From the human T2T-CHM13v2.0 reference genome, Homo sapiens, in assembly GCF_009914755.1 (NCBI RefSeq), contig NC_060931.1: a DNA stretch of 64,000 nucleotides; one strand, 5' to 3'. The position numbers were made by a program, and so were the translations under genes. The notes under the pieces are model-generated. The model worked only from the letters and a program-made list of their open reading frames with translations. It was not told the origin of the DNA and searched no databases. Positions 13,869-27,975 of this stretch are shown here, piece by piece. Position 1 is the first letter of the stretch; each line of letters opens with the position of its first letter.

Positions 13869-14814
13869 AGCCAACAGCTCAGCAGTGATGCGTGCCATTC
13901 AAAATCCGTGCCAGCGTTGCCCAACTTGGTTGAAGGCCCAGCACAGACACATGATGGCCCTGTTCAGTTATCTCCTGCTCAGGCAGGCAGACGCCTCCGT
14001 CTCAGTCTCTGCCATCAATCAGCCTCTAAGGGAACCGAGTGACCCGTGCAGAGAATCCTCATTTCCACATTTTTCTACATTTCCCGCTCCTAATTGATAA
14101 AATAAAGAGATTGCTAAGTAGAAAGCAGGTTCCGTGTATTTTGTGCAATCCAGCAACATTTTTCTTTCAAATGAGTTCAAGTCTATCTTGGCAAAAGGTG
14201 AAAGGAAGCGTCAATAATTCAAGCTAGTTATGTTTTTCTTTCCTTATTAAATCAGTTAAAATTATCTTTGTTCTTCCCAGACAGGCTCTGAAGGGCCTAT
14301 TAAGGCATCTGTGGCATGGATCACTCACCTGGCACTCTCAGAGATAATTAAAATGCTGTAATCTTACAACATCTTGGAATAGGAAGGGGCCTTACAGAAC
14401 TTGGGGAATTTGGTTCAGGCTTTTGATATCAGAGATATCAGAAACCAAGGGGTGGGGAGGTCCCAGGGACGTCAGAAGCCACAAGCTGTCAGAGGTGGAA
14501 CCAGATTCACGAGGCCACCCCGCCCACAGAGCTTCTCTGCGGGCTCCCACACCCTTGCACAATGCAGCCACGCGGGGTGAAGAAGGCTCTGGAATTCCCC
14601 TGTTTGGAATCTCCCAACCCTATCCATCCTTCAGTGCCCTGCTCAGGTCCCCATCGCCATGGTCTTCCTCGTGGGCTGCCCCAGAACTGTGACTCCCATG
14701 GCCATCCCTTCCATTAGTGACACTCCCAGCACAATTGCAGCTGCTGCCGTCCACACCACCGGCTGTTCCACTGCTCTCAGCTCACTTCAACCTTCCCCCA
14801 ACTTGGAGAGGCAG

Positions 14815-14940
14815 ATGTGGATATGCTCACTTGATAGATGAGGAAACTGAGGCACACAGAGGTTCAGCCAGCCGAGCCACGTAGCATCATTAGTAGGTGG
14901 GAGAGCCACAGAGAGGACCCTGGTCTGGACTTTAGGCTGA
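14815..14940 (-). mobile_element. MIR
   Basis: tagatgaggaaactgaggcacacagagg core. Confidence 0.75.
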
Positions 14941-15091
14941 CACTGAACCGCGGGCAACGCATGCTTGTCCCCGTCAAGCCACACATCTGCCCTGGTGTCT
15001 TGGAGCTGGTTCATCTTCCACAAAACTGAGAGTTCTCTGGAGGTGTGGGGGTGCCTGTTTCCTAGCCACCCCTTGTCCTCAGCAGAGAATG

Positions 15092-15458
15092 CAAGTGGTC
15101 CCTGACTTACAATGGTCCAACTTGCAGTCTCTCGACTTTCCTATGGCATGAAAGTGGCACTCATCCAGCGGAAGCTGTACTTGGAGCACCCATCCAACCC
15201 TTCTGTTTTTTACTTTCAGTATGGTGTTCAAGAAGTTACTTGAGACAGTCATCACTTTATCATAAAATACGGTCTGGGTTAGGGCATTCTGCCCGACAAT
15301 AGACTAGTGTGAGTGTTCTGAGCATGCATTCAAGATAGGCGAGGCTGAGCTGCGAAGTTTCGTAGGTTAGGTATGTTACATGCGTTTCGACTGATGATAT
15401 TTTCAGTCTATATTGGGTTTATTGGGACGTAGCCCCATGGTAATTGGAAGAGCGTCTG
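15092..15458 (-). mobile_element. MER47A-like TcMar-Tigger MITE, full length (~367 bp)
   Basis: Termini caagtggtccctgacttacaatgg ... ccatggtaattggaagagcgtctg followed by TA; internal gtgttctgagca, taggttagg. Confidence 0.75.
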
Positions 15459-15780
15459 TATTTGTGCACTGGTTGGTCCTGTCAAATTGCTACAATGTTT
15501 CCTCCCTCCAGGCAGCAGCGGGCAGAGGGGTTCCAGGCCAGCTAAGGCTTGTGGTTTAAAACTTTCAGACAAAACCACCAAACGGTGCTGTCCTGAGCAC
15601 TCACGCTATTCCTCAGCCTGCCCTACACCTGTCACCCGCCGACAAGGCCGACCTTATCCCAGGCTTACTTTGGATCGTCACCTGAGATTCTGCTTCTCTG
15701 ATCTGCATGTCAGATGCCTTCAAATTAGGTGCTGGGAAGAGCCAGGGCTAGGAGCAGCCGTCATGACGTGCAGAGCGCAC

Positions 15781-16457
15781 GCATGCATGTGCACAGTTGT
15801 GTGCATGTGTCTCTGTGTGATGCATGTGTGCATGCATATATGTGTGTATGTGCGTATGTCTCTGTGCACACGCATGTGTATGTGTGTCTATGTGTGTGCA
15901 CACGTGTGTATGTGTGTCTCTGTGTGTCTGTGTGTGTACACGTGTGTATGTGTCTCTCTGTGTCTTGTGTGCCCACGTGTGTGTGTCTCTGTACACACGT
16001 GCCTGTGTGTGCACACGTGTGTATGTGTGTCTCTGTGCACGTGTGTGTCTGTGTGCACACATGTGTACGTGTCTCTGTGTGCACGTGTGTATGTCTGTGT
16101 GCACACGTGTGTGTGTATGTGCACACGTGTGTATGTGTGTATGTGCACACGTGTGTATGTGTGTATGTGCACACGTGTGTGTGCATGTGCACATTTGTGT
16201 CTCTGCACACGTATGTATGTGTCTCTGTGTATGTGTGCACCGTGCACACGTGTGTATGTGTTTCTGTGTGTCTCTGTGTGCACACGTGTATGTCTCTGTG
16301 TGCACACACATGTGTATGTGTCTCTGTGTCTGTCTGCACACGTGTGTATGTGTGTCTCTGTGTGTCTGTGTGTGCAAACATGTGTATACATGTTTCTATG
16401 TGCATGTGTGCTGTGCATGAATCTGTTTGAGTGTGTGTGTCGGCTGTGCATGTGTGC
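15781..16457 (+). repeat. Complex (TG)n/(CA)n-derived array rich in GTGCACAC and CACGTG
   Basis: ~680 bp of mostly alternating purine-pyrimidine sequence. Confidence 0.95.
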
Positions 16458-17800
16458 TTGGGGGTTATAGGGTGGGCACAGGGAGGGTTGTGGCAGCTGC
16501 TATTAATCTGTGGCTCCGGGACACTCTTGCTTGCCCTGGGATGAGTAGGGGTTTCCTATGGTTCCCTGACTGTGGACATGAGACCTGTTCCCACTTCCCA
16601 CCCCAACCCCATGTGAAAACATCCTGATGATATGGTCCTCCTGGCCCACCGTGATTGTTCAGAGACCGCCGCGGGTGCAGAGTGCAAGGGGGTGTGGTGG
16701 GAAGTGTACCAGTGGCCTCTAGAGCTGGACCATGCATGGTCTTTTACTGCAGGAATAACATGATCCCTGGGGTTCACTTTCCTGGGCCAGAAGCATGGGG
16801 CTGACACACGCTCAGCTCTTTGTGCCAGGACGCCTGCCCTCCTGTCCCACCAGGTCTCCTTGGAATCCCCACATGCCCTCCGTCCCGCCCCACTCAGGCC
16901 CCTTTCCCAGATCTGATGACCCTGGCCCTGCCTCTCCAGCTTGGTCTTCCAGAGTTGAGTCTGCGTGGCTGTGTCCTCATTGTCTCTCGGCTCCCATGAC
17001 GCTAAGGTGGCTTCCAGGCCTGTGGTCTGGCTGGACAGGACGTCCTCAGCTCGGGACACTCAACCCTCCACACCTGTGCTTCCTGGGCTGGTCCTTCCCA
17101 GCCTCCCCTTTCCGAGCTGCCTTCCTGGTGCCTCCCTCCTGGCCACATCCTAGGGCACATCTGCTCTACACTGCAGTCCCTCCTGGGCCAGCCTCTTCCC
17201 TTCCCACTCTGTGTGGCCAGAGCCCATCTGCCAGTGCGGCACCTCGTACTTGGACTATTTGTGAACTTGCATCCAGACAAAAAGGCCTATTTTTTCTCAC
17301 ACACTTGGGGTGCAGCATTTTCTTGGGCTAAGCCATAACCCCAACTCCCCCTGCTCCTGCAGTGGCCTGTAAGTGGCTGTGTTTTCTGTGGGCTCTGGAT
17401 TGCCATTCGGGGGAGGACCCTCAAAACAGTGGTGCTCCAGATGGGGCTGGCCACGTGTGTGCCGGCGGCTCAGCTCAATGGTCCCCTGCCCTGGGGGCTT
17501 GAGACGTCTCTATGGTTCTCTCATCTGCTCAGGAGGCACCTCTAGGTGCACGGAACAGACTTCTTTGCGAATGGAACAGAGTACGTTCCACCACATCTGC
17601 CTTCCCTGATCCCTCCTTGCAGAATTCAAATCCCCAAATCCCCACAAAGGCGACCCAGTTTCAGGGCTGACATCCTGTGCTATTTTCCCCACGTAAAGAC
17701 GGATGAGTTCTTTGCCCCTTGGAATTGATGATAATAGGGTTTTGCTGCACATATTCCTAATTCTCTGGGCCAGTCATTTGGCCACATGGATTGTATAGAG

Positions 17801-17950
17801 CAGCGTTTCCCAGACTTTAATGTGCACGGGCTTCACCTGGGAATTTTGTTTAAATGGAAATTCGGATTCAGTAGGTGTGGGATGGGGCCTGAGATTCTGC
17901 ATTTCTGACGAGCTCCCAGGTCCGGGACGGTCCTCGGCAGAGAAGGTCAG
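17801..17950 (-). mobile_element. MER5A/MER5A1 hAT-Charlie MITE
   Basis: gattcagtaggtgtgggatggggcctgagattctgcatttctgacgagctcccaggt. Confidence 0.8.
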
Positions 17951-18677
17951 ACTGTGGCGGACACGAAGGATCACAGACGCCTTCCTCCTCGATTGTTCAG
18001 CATGATCTATCTTGTTCTCCAAAAATGACAAAGTGTGTCAAAAAGTGAGAGCGTGAGACGGGTCTCTCCAGACAGGCTGCTGTCTTTATCAGGAGTCCCT
18101 CAGAGGCAGGTGGCAGAAGCCTTACTCCTCTTTCTTAAGGGCAGGAAGGAGTATCTTGAGGCCTTGAGAAGTTCACGGGGAGATGGCCGCAGGTGCATCT
18201 GGTTCCAGATGTTCAACCAATGTTTCCGGAGTTCCATGCGTCCGCTTGGCCTTCCTCTGTTTGTTCTTGTTCTCAGGTAGGCATTCCGTCTTAATAGTAG
18301 GAAATAATGGCCAGGCTTAGACGGTCCGAACCGAGAGTGGTCTCAAGGGGGAAAGAGAGAGAGCGCCTCTCACCGAGTCAAGCATATTCGTCCCCGGAAA
18401 TGACTCCAAGCACCGCCTCTTGGCCAGCCCCTCTGCGCCGGGCCGTGAGCTCTCCTGGCTGGGCCCTACCAGATGATGAGAACTTGGGGAGAGGCTGTTG
18501 CCACGTGGGAGAGATTGCGGACAGGGAAGCTTCTGCTCAGACCGTGACCTCTGCTTCCCTTTCCACCGCGCTGCTCCGAGGGCCAGTGCTGGGTGCCCGG
18601 TATGCCTGAGCAATAACCGTTGCTCCCGGTTTCCACCGCGTTCATAATGACACCCCTCTTACCTGGTCCGCCATCTT

Positions 18678-18818
18678 GGCTGAGCATTGGAGTCACCCGA
18701 GTGGCTTTTCAAACAATGCCCAAGACTCACCCAGAAAATCTGCTGGCAGCCCAGGCATAAGCATCTATTTTTAAAGCTCCCCATCTTCAAAAAGTGCAGC
18801 CAAGATTAAAATCCTCAA
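18678..18818. mobile_element. Degenerate MER5-family fragment
   Basis: ggctgagcattggagtcacc...tttttaaagctcccca...gtgcagccaagattaaaa. Confidence 0.5.
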
Positions 18819-18861
18819 TGGAAACAAGGCTTGACGTGCTAGGTGATAAAGAATTTTAAAA

Positions 18862-19005
18862 TTACAGGGCTCCAAGGAGTCTCAGAACCCGTCTAGTTTC
18901 TGCCCTTTCATTTTACAGGTAAAGTAACTTACCCAAAGTCTCGGAGTTGGTGTGGAGTGCAGAATGCAAGCCACCTGATTTCCAGCCCTGTGTTCTTTTT
19001 ATAAC
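18862..19005 (-). mobile_element. MIR fragment
   Basis: ctttcattttacagg...aagtaacttacccaaagtc...cctgatttccagccctgtgttcttt. Confidence 0.6.
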
Positions 19006-19489
19006 AGCTGATTTTGCACATGTCAAAAAGGAGGCTGACATCACAGAGCAACACAGCCAGGGGCTCAGAAAGCTCCCTGGCACATCTGAAAAGGAAGAGC
19101 AAATACTTTGAAAATATTAAAGGTTATTACCAGATGTCAAATGAATGTCAGGGAAATAACTTCAAGTTTTTCAACACACTGGGACTCATTTAATTTATTT
19201 AAATGTCTTTGTTAGCTAGGGGAATTCTTAAGACTGTCCTCCTTGTCATTTTATCCCACGATTAATCACCTGCAAGCTAACTTAACCTGGAAATAACTGT
19301 AAAATTTGTGATACTTCAACCGATCAGGTCAAGACACTTGGTTCTTAACAGTCTGTGTAGGATCAAAGATATGGCTGCTGTCCAAAAGAGCTGGGATGCT
19401 CACATCAAAGTTCAGATCCAACCCCTTTCAACCTTGCTCCTTCTCTTCAGCACTTAGATTTAAGTTCTTGTTGAAAACTTTTAAGTAGA

Positions 19490-19492
<3 letters not shown>

Positions 19493-19530
<38 letters not shown>
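19493..19530 (+). repeat. (GT)19 microsatellite
   Basis: Perfect run. Confidence 0.98.
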
Positions 19531-19534
<4 letters not shown>

Positions 19535-21379
19535 TGCAGCCTTAGCCCAAACCAGCTCCTGCGTGTCGTGAACTGGAGAGTGGACGCGATTTCCCAGCTG
19601 AGCCAGCTCTTGCCTGTCAGGTCGAGCTAGGTGAATGTGCTGAGCTGTCCTAAGAGGGTCCTTTTCATGAGCGTTCCAGGTGCCTTTCAGTCCCTGTGGA
19701 TCCTTGGGCTCATAGCTGCCTCGTTATGGAAAACACTTGTGGCCAAGCGAATGCTGACCACACGGCCTCCAGTTTGAACAAGGCTGAGACCTGACCGGCT
19801 TTCTCATCAGGAAAAAACAACATTGGATTCATTTCTCCATCTCTCTCTCACGTGTGATGCTTTCCACCCACTGGGTTAAGTTTCTTATTGCCTTCTTCAT
19901 TTTTCTTTCTCCTCTCCCCTCGCCCTCCCCTTTCTGTGTCAGTTTCAAAAGGCAAATGTCTGGCGGGAGTCAATAAAGGAATTGCTTTTACTTGTTTCAG
20001 GTGCTGACGGCACAGTGAGGTTTGTTATGCTGGAAGCTTAAACCAACAAAAGCCAGGGAGGACTGGACGCTGTCTGAAAGTGAGGACAGGAATTGTTAAT
20101 TGCTCATAACATCCTGTGTCTACCAAGAGCAACAGATACTTGACTTCTTTTTTAAACTGTCTAAAGTTAACTTACTCACAGAATACCAGCCATAAATACT
20201 TTCATGTCTGACTCACTTAAGCTAGAGTTGTAACTTCACATTACCATGTGCCTTTACATTATTGAAGTTTAAAGGAATTCCTTTCAAAGCCCAATGTTTG
20301 GCTCACGATGAAAGGGAATCAAACAGCTTATTCTAAGTTACATTCAATAATTACATAAGTAACCCTTTAAATACTAGATATGCAAATAGTGCACTATTCT
20401 TCCTGTAATTACTTTGTGTACACGGTTTGATAAAATCCCAAGATTGTAATACATGTTTATGGAGAAGATTAGCAAATATGATTTCTTTCTGAATGGAAGA
20501 AGTGAACTAGGAATTGAAAGTGAACTAGACATTTGCAGTTGCTTTGAGTGGCTGCCTGGAGCCTGTTGGTGTGAGGAAGCCAGGAAGAGCCAAGGGGTGT
20601 GTTCCAGGCATGGCTGAAGCCAGGTGTCTCCTCCGTGCAGCCTCATCCAAACCACCTGAGAGTCCCAGGGTCCCTGATTGTGCATGCATCCACTATTGAA
20701 AGATCAATTCCATGGGGTTGGGCCGGAAATACCTCTATGGGTGTTTCAGAGATTTCAGTCCATGTCTCAATTTAATCTGGGTAGATCAGGGGTAACCTGT
20801 ACATGAGCCAAGCTTCTTCACAACTCCCCGTCAATCTTTAAAGGAGGGAAAGGAGTGATTTGGGTTCAGATCATCTAGCTTCAGCCCTCCTCCCCAGAAC
20901 ACACTTTAAACAAGTTATTTTCGGTATAATTCATGCTTATTGTAAAAATTACCAAAGAGTTCACAGGTGGGCACAAAACTCTTGTTTTCCCTCCAGGTTT
21001 CCTAATCCCATATCCCAGAGAGAGCTTCTGTTGGCAGCTCTGAATGCATCCTTTCAGACAGCTGATCGGGTGTTAAGAACGTGCATGCATGTGTGAGCAC
21101 CCCACAGGCACTCATGCTCCAGGTAGCTGTTTTGTTACTCATTTCACCCATTCCTGTGGACTTTCCTACTTTCAGCTTATTCAAGCTCTTCTCATCCCCC
21201 GAGGGCTGCATGGTGGCCCATTTGAGTGGGGCCATTCCATCCTCATCCTCATTCCACGTGGTTGGGGTTACACTGACCGCATCCTGGAGCCCCAGCTCCG
21301 GACAATGGGAGAACTCTACCCCACTGGCCATAAGGGTTGGCCTAGGATGCGCCGTGGGAGTCATGGAGACCAGGGAGAG

Positions 21380-22615
21380 CTCATTCACCCATTAGGAGCA
21401 TGTATCAGACGCCTAGTGTATGCCAGATGGTATTCTGGGAACTCAGGGTCCAACGGGCAAGGGCTCATGCTCTTCTGGAGCGGACATTCTACTAGGGAGG
21501 GGGATAGGATGGATAATAAACTCATGCCTCTTAAAAACGACCAAATTATTTGGCTTCTTGGGAGGTGGTAAGTGCCGTGGATAGAAAGAGAAGTAGCACA
21601 CGGTTAGGTGGTTGCTGCAGTATGAAGTAGGGTGAGCAGCAGAGGCCTCATCGAGAAGAGGACATTTGAGTAAAGGTTTTTAGGAAGTGAAGGAACGAAC
21701 CAAGCTCTGGGGAGAGGGAGCCACCAACATCCCACGGCCAGGCATGCAGAGAGGCAGCGAGGAAGCTGGCACAGTCTCTGCGGAGGGAGAATCAGGAAGG
21801 AGGTCAGAGGGCCAGGGAGGGAGAGGCAGCTCAGCTAGGTCCTTGCAAGTCCATGGCTTTTATGCAGAGTGAGTGGTGGACACGTGAGCAGAGGAAGGAA
21901 CCATGTAACTGAGGTCTTAAGAGCCACCTTGACTGTTGGTTTGAGAATAGACCACAGGAAGCAGTCTGTGCAGGAAGTAGAGATGGGGACAACTCGGGGA
22001 GGTCAACCCCGGCAGGGGACGAAGGCTAATGCCAGGGAGCTCACCGCAGAGATGGCAAGTTTGACTTGGAGTGTGTTTCAAAGGTAGATCCAGCAGGATC
22101 CCCCGTGAGATGACCATCGGGAGCGATGGAGCTGCCATCACCTGAGGTGCGGTACGTGGTGTGCAGAACAAGGTAGGTGAGGTTCAGAGCACGAGTAGGG
22201 CTTTGGAGGTGTTGAGCGTGAATGCTCTGTTAGGTCACATGGGCAACTGGACATATGCCTGCGGGGCTTTGAAAAGGATGACACTGGAGATCCGAAATGG
22301 GGGCTGTGGCTGGCAAATGGCATTAAAGTCCACATGAGGTCACCAGTCCCACTGAAGGGTGAATGCAGATGGCTGGTCCTGGGCCACTCCATGATTGGAA
22401 GAGGGGCCCTCTCAAGCAGGGAGAGAAGAGGAGCTAGGAGGCCAGCGGCAGTGGCAGTGAGTTGTGTCGAGGGGGCACCAGCTGTGTTCAGCGAGGCTGA
22501 TGGGCTGTGATGACTGACGCTGGGAGGGCCACCCTGGATGGAGCTCAGAGATGGTCTTAGTGAGAGAAGTCCCTGGGGCGTGATGGCGTCAGCAACATGA
22601 CCAACCGTAGACAGT
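21380..22615 (-). mobile_element. L2 LINE 3' fragment
   Basis: Starts with antisense L2 tail (tcattcacc...gacgcctagtgtatgccag); typical internal motifs ggcctcatcgagaagaggacatttgag, gttgagcgtgaatg. Confidence 0.75.
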
Positions 22616-22649
22616 GTCTATGGATTCTGCACTGTGCAAGATGAATGTA

Positions 22650-22822
22650 GCTAAGTTACTAGTTGCTTGCTTTTTGGACAAGTTATATGGTGGTGCCTCA
22701 GTTTCCATATGTGCAGCACCCATGCCATAGGATTATTATGAGAATTGACGATGTGATGATGCATAGAGCAGAACAGGGCCCAGCGGGCACAAGCACAGCA
22801 TAAACGTTCACTGTCACTATTA
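22650..22822 (+). mobile_element. MIR
   Basis: ttggacaagtta...tgcctcagtttcc...cataggattattatgagaatt. Confidence 0.75.
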
Positions 22823-23382
22823 CACCGCCTCCTGCTTCTCTTTGCCACCAGCACATCCCAACTTTCTTCAGTTGTATTATTGTTTTCAGCTGTTTGACTT
22901 GTTCTCATGATTGTATTATATGTAAACATCCATTCCTTGATTTGCCAACTTTGGTCAGCAAGAATTGACACCCAGCCACGAGAAGGGAAGAAGGAAGAGC
23001 AGCTCCCTTCCTCCCATTTCTCCATGCAGCTTTGCTTCTCAGGGTCTGGTTGTTACATGAAGATTGTTGCTTCATCATGTCTTACTACATTTACTTTCTG
23101 TCACGATATGTGTTTGACTACAAGATGTCTTCAATAATCAAAGGCAATAGAAATCATTCCTAGGATGAAGATCATGTAAAGTTACTCATTTTGGACACTT
23201 TTCTAAGCATTAAGATCTAATGACTTTATAAGAAATTTCTATCTAGTCTTTCTTTGATTAAGTCACACTCCAGGGCATCTGTGCCTCCAATCCCTTTGTT
23301 TCTCTTGGTCTCTTCTCCTTTTGCTAAAATAGTTCTCCTCTCCCCATTTTTTTTTCACAAAAGTGAATTTTCTGAATTTTGA

Positions 23383-23703
<321 letters not shown>

Positions 23704-23704
23704 T

Positions 23705-24827
<1,123 letters not shown>

Positions 24828-24923
24828 TGAGTTCCTCTTTCCTCATCTTGCTCCTTTCTCATGCTCTTGCTTTCACCAAATGCCTGCTGACCTTGGTTTG
24901 GGGTTCATAATTGTGAGTGAAGG

Positions 24924-25468
24924 TGTCTGTGTTAGTCAGGGTTCTCCAGAGGCACAGAACTAATAGCATGTATGTATATATGAAAAGGAGTTCATTAGGG
25001 AGAATTGGCTCACACAATCACAAGGCAAAGTCTCGCAATAGGCCATGGTTCAGTCCAAGTCCCAAAGCCTCAAAAGTGCAAAGCCAACAGTGTAGCCTTC
25101 AGTCTGTGGGTGAAGGTCCGAGAGCCTCTGGCAAGCCACTGGCATAAGTCCAAGGCCAAAGGCCAAAGAACCTACAGTCTGATGTCCAAGGGCAAGAGGA
25201 GCAGAAGGAAGCATCCAGCACGGAAGAAAGATGAAAGCCAGAAGACCCAGCAGGCCGGCTTCTCCCACCTTCTTCCACCTGCTTCGTTCTGGCCATGCTG
25301 GATTGGTGCCCACCTACACTGAGGGTGGGTTGTCCTCTCCCAGTTCACCGACGCAAATGTCAGTGTCCTCCGGCAACACCCTCCCAGACACACGCAGAAA
25401 CAATCCTTTACCAACTATCTAGATATTCTTCAATCCAATCAAATTGTCATCTTATATTCACCATCACA
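24924..25468 (-). mobile_element. MLT2 (ERVL) solo LTR with 5-bp TSD GAAGG
   Basis: tgtgttagtcagggttctccagag...gaagcatccagcacgg...caatccaatcaaattg...ccatcaca; gaagg at 24919-24923 and 25469-25473. Confidence 0.88.
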
Positions 25469-27084
25469 GAAGGGATGATCTCTTTCAATGTTGGGAGATA
25501 CTTGGGGCATCTTTTGCAGTTGTCAGGTCCACTGCAAAGTCACCTCCAGTTGGATGGAAGGGGTGTGTTTGCCTTCTCTGAAAGCAGGCGGGTGACTTCA
25601 TTCCTAGGCCGGGCCGCCTCCCCTCCCTTCCTGCAGTGGCCTTGAGCCTTGCAAGTTCTGCTCTGATTGTCCCTCCCAGGATCACCCCCCAGGGCAGACC
25701 TCATCCTTCCCTGTGGGAGCTGGCCCTTGAGTTCAACCTGAGAAAAACCAAGCTACTTCCAACTAAGTGACAGTGGTGCACCCAAGCTGCTCTGTGTGAG
25801 AGTCCTGCACAAAGGTTCTTGGCTGCCCCGCCCCGCATCCTGGTCTTGAGGTCCTTTCTTCTTTCTGTGTCTGGATCTCCCAGAGACTCCCTTCACCTCT
25901 GGAGTCCTTGCTCTGTGGTTTCCTCTGTTCTCTCTGTTTTTTTCAGGCTGGTTGCTCATGCTTCCTATTTTCCAAGAATTTATCAAAAATTTCTTTTCTA
26001 TCATTGTGCTTTTCTTGTTTCATTCAACATGAACTTGGGAAGACAGGGAGGTGACGCAAGTGCTCCATTGGCTACCTTGAGACTAGAGGTCCCGCCCCTC
26101 CTTTGGAACCTGCAAGCCAGCAATAGCTCTCAGAAATATTCTTATTCAAGCTGTGGGGGTAGGGGGTGGGATCGGGGTCATCGATGTCAGATGGCAGGTC
26201 CCAGATCCCCCAGCCCACAAATTATATTTGAGGCAACCCCAGACAAATCCTTACCATGCTTGAGCCTCAGTTTATGAATGGACATGGGGGTCTCAGGATG
26301 CCTGACCCACAGGGGTGGGCAGGGCTGAGTCGGGCACTTTCTGGAGCGCTCTCCAATTGTAAACCGCATGGCTGGTACTGTGCAGTTACCCTCAGCAAAG
26401 AGAAAGGCAGGTAAGGCCACGATGGATGTTAAACACTCATTTTAAAACTAAAAATGACTTAGGAGTGTGGCTGCCCGAGTCCCCAGTCACAGAAGTGTGG
26501 CCGTCTCTCAACATCACCATTTCCTTTCTGAATGTCTCAGAACTAAGCCTTGGCCTGAGCTGTCTCTCTCGTCTACAGTCTACAGGCAAGGGCACCCCCG
26601 GCATGTTTATTGCCTGCCACCAGCTTTCTGTGAAGGAAACGTTTCAGGGTTAATGAACCAAAACTTGGGTCCAGGCAGAATGAGGCTGGAACCGAAGCTG
26701 TCCTGGGGCTTTTGTTAGTGGTTTGCCTTTCAGACCCTGGGGGCTCTATCCATGCCTCGCGGCAGACAAAACAACCTGGGATTGACAGGCTGACTTCAGG
26801 AGACAGGTGCCTCAGACGAATCTTCAACCCGTGGCCTCATTAGGCTGCATCGAACTGTCCAGGCCCCGTGGGTGTACCATCAGCGTTTTTCAGACCGGGG
26901 AAGGTGACTGTGCCATGGCACAAGGACGTGCAAATGGGGACAGCAGTGCCACAACAGTAACTTTCCGTGGGAATCAAGTCCTATAGGAACCCATGGGTCC
27001 CTAACTGAATGGGCACTGGTCTCTTACATGTACATACTAAATAGACTCCGGGGTGTTGATCCTCTAGAGCCAATATTGCCTATC

Positions 27085-27451
27085 TGTCACAGATGGAAGG
27101 TTGGGGTCCCCAGGATTCCTATGTTGAAACCCTGACCTCCCAAGTGATGATATTAGGAGACATGGCATTCTGGAAGTAATCAGGGTTCTACAAGGACATG
27201 AGGCTGGGGCCCCCATCATGGGACCCATGTCCTAAAAAGAAGGAAAAGAGAAACCAAAGCTCTCTCTCTCTCAGCCATGTGAGGACACAGCAAGAAGGTG
27301 GCTGTCTGCAAGCCAGGAAGAGAGCCCTCACCAACAACTGAATCTGTTGTCGCCTTGATTTTGGACTTGCAGTCTCCAGAGCCGTGAGAAATAACGTCTG
27401 TTGTCTAAGCCACACAGGCACTGGTGGTTGTTATAGCAGCCTGGGGTAAGG
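27085..27451 (+). mobile_element. MLT1A-like MaLR LTR
   Basis: ccatgtgaggacacagcaagaaggtggctgtctgcaagccaggaagagagccctcacca...ttggacttgcagtctccaga...ttgttatagcagcc. Confidence 0.85.
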
Positions 27452-27485
27452 CATTCTCTGTCCAGCAGGATTATAAGATGGTGGG

Positions 27486-27827
27486 TGTATTAGTCCACTC
27501 TCACACTGCTATGAAGAAATACCCGAGACTGGGTAATTTATAAAGAAAAGAGTTTAATTGACTCACAGTTCCACATGGCTGGGGAGGCCTCAGGAAACTT
27601 ACAATCACGACGGAAGGCACCTCTTCACAGGGTGGCAGGAGAGAGAATGAGTGCAGGCAGGGGAAATGCCAGATGCTTATAAAACCATCAGCTCTCATGA
27701 GAACTCACTCACTGTCATGAGAACAGCGTGGGGAAAACCACGCCCATTGTTCAGTTACCTCCCACTGGGTCCCTCCCACAACATGTGCGGATTATGGGGA
27801 TTACAATTCAAGATGAGATTTGGGTGA
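27486..27827 (-). mobile_element. THE1 (THE1D-like) LTR, slightly truncated
   Basis: tgtattagtcc...aaatacccgagactgggtaatttataaag...ggaaggcacctcttcacagg...ttacaattcaagatgagatttgggtg. Confidence 0.9.
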
Positions 27828-27832
27828 GTGCA

Positions 27833-27975
27833 GTAGCCACATGTGGACCTCAATCCCTTTGAATGTGGCTTGTGTGATGGAAACACTAAAAGTTTTGATT
27901 TTATTTAAATTTTGATTAGTGTAAATATAAGTTTGGAGAGTTACATGTGATTCATGGCTACTGTATTAGTGCAGG
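27833..27975. mobile_element. MER3-like hAT-Charlie fragment
   Basis: tagccacatgtgg...ttttatttaaattttgattag...catggctactgtattag. Confidence 0.6.

Noticed and set aside
15487-16470. 327-aa and overlapping Cys/Val- or His/Thr-rich ORFs
   Set aside because: All six frames are open because the TG/CA array lacks stop codons; this is a low-complexity artefact
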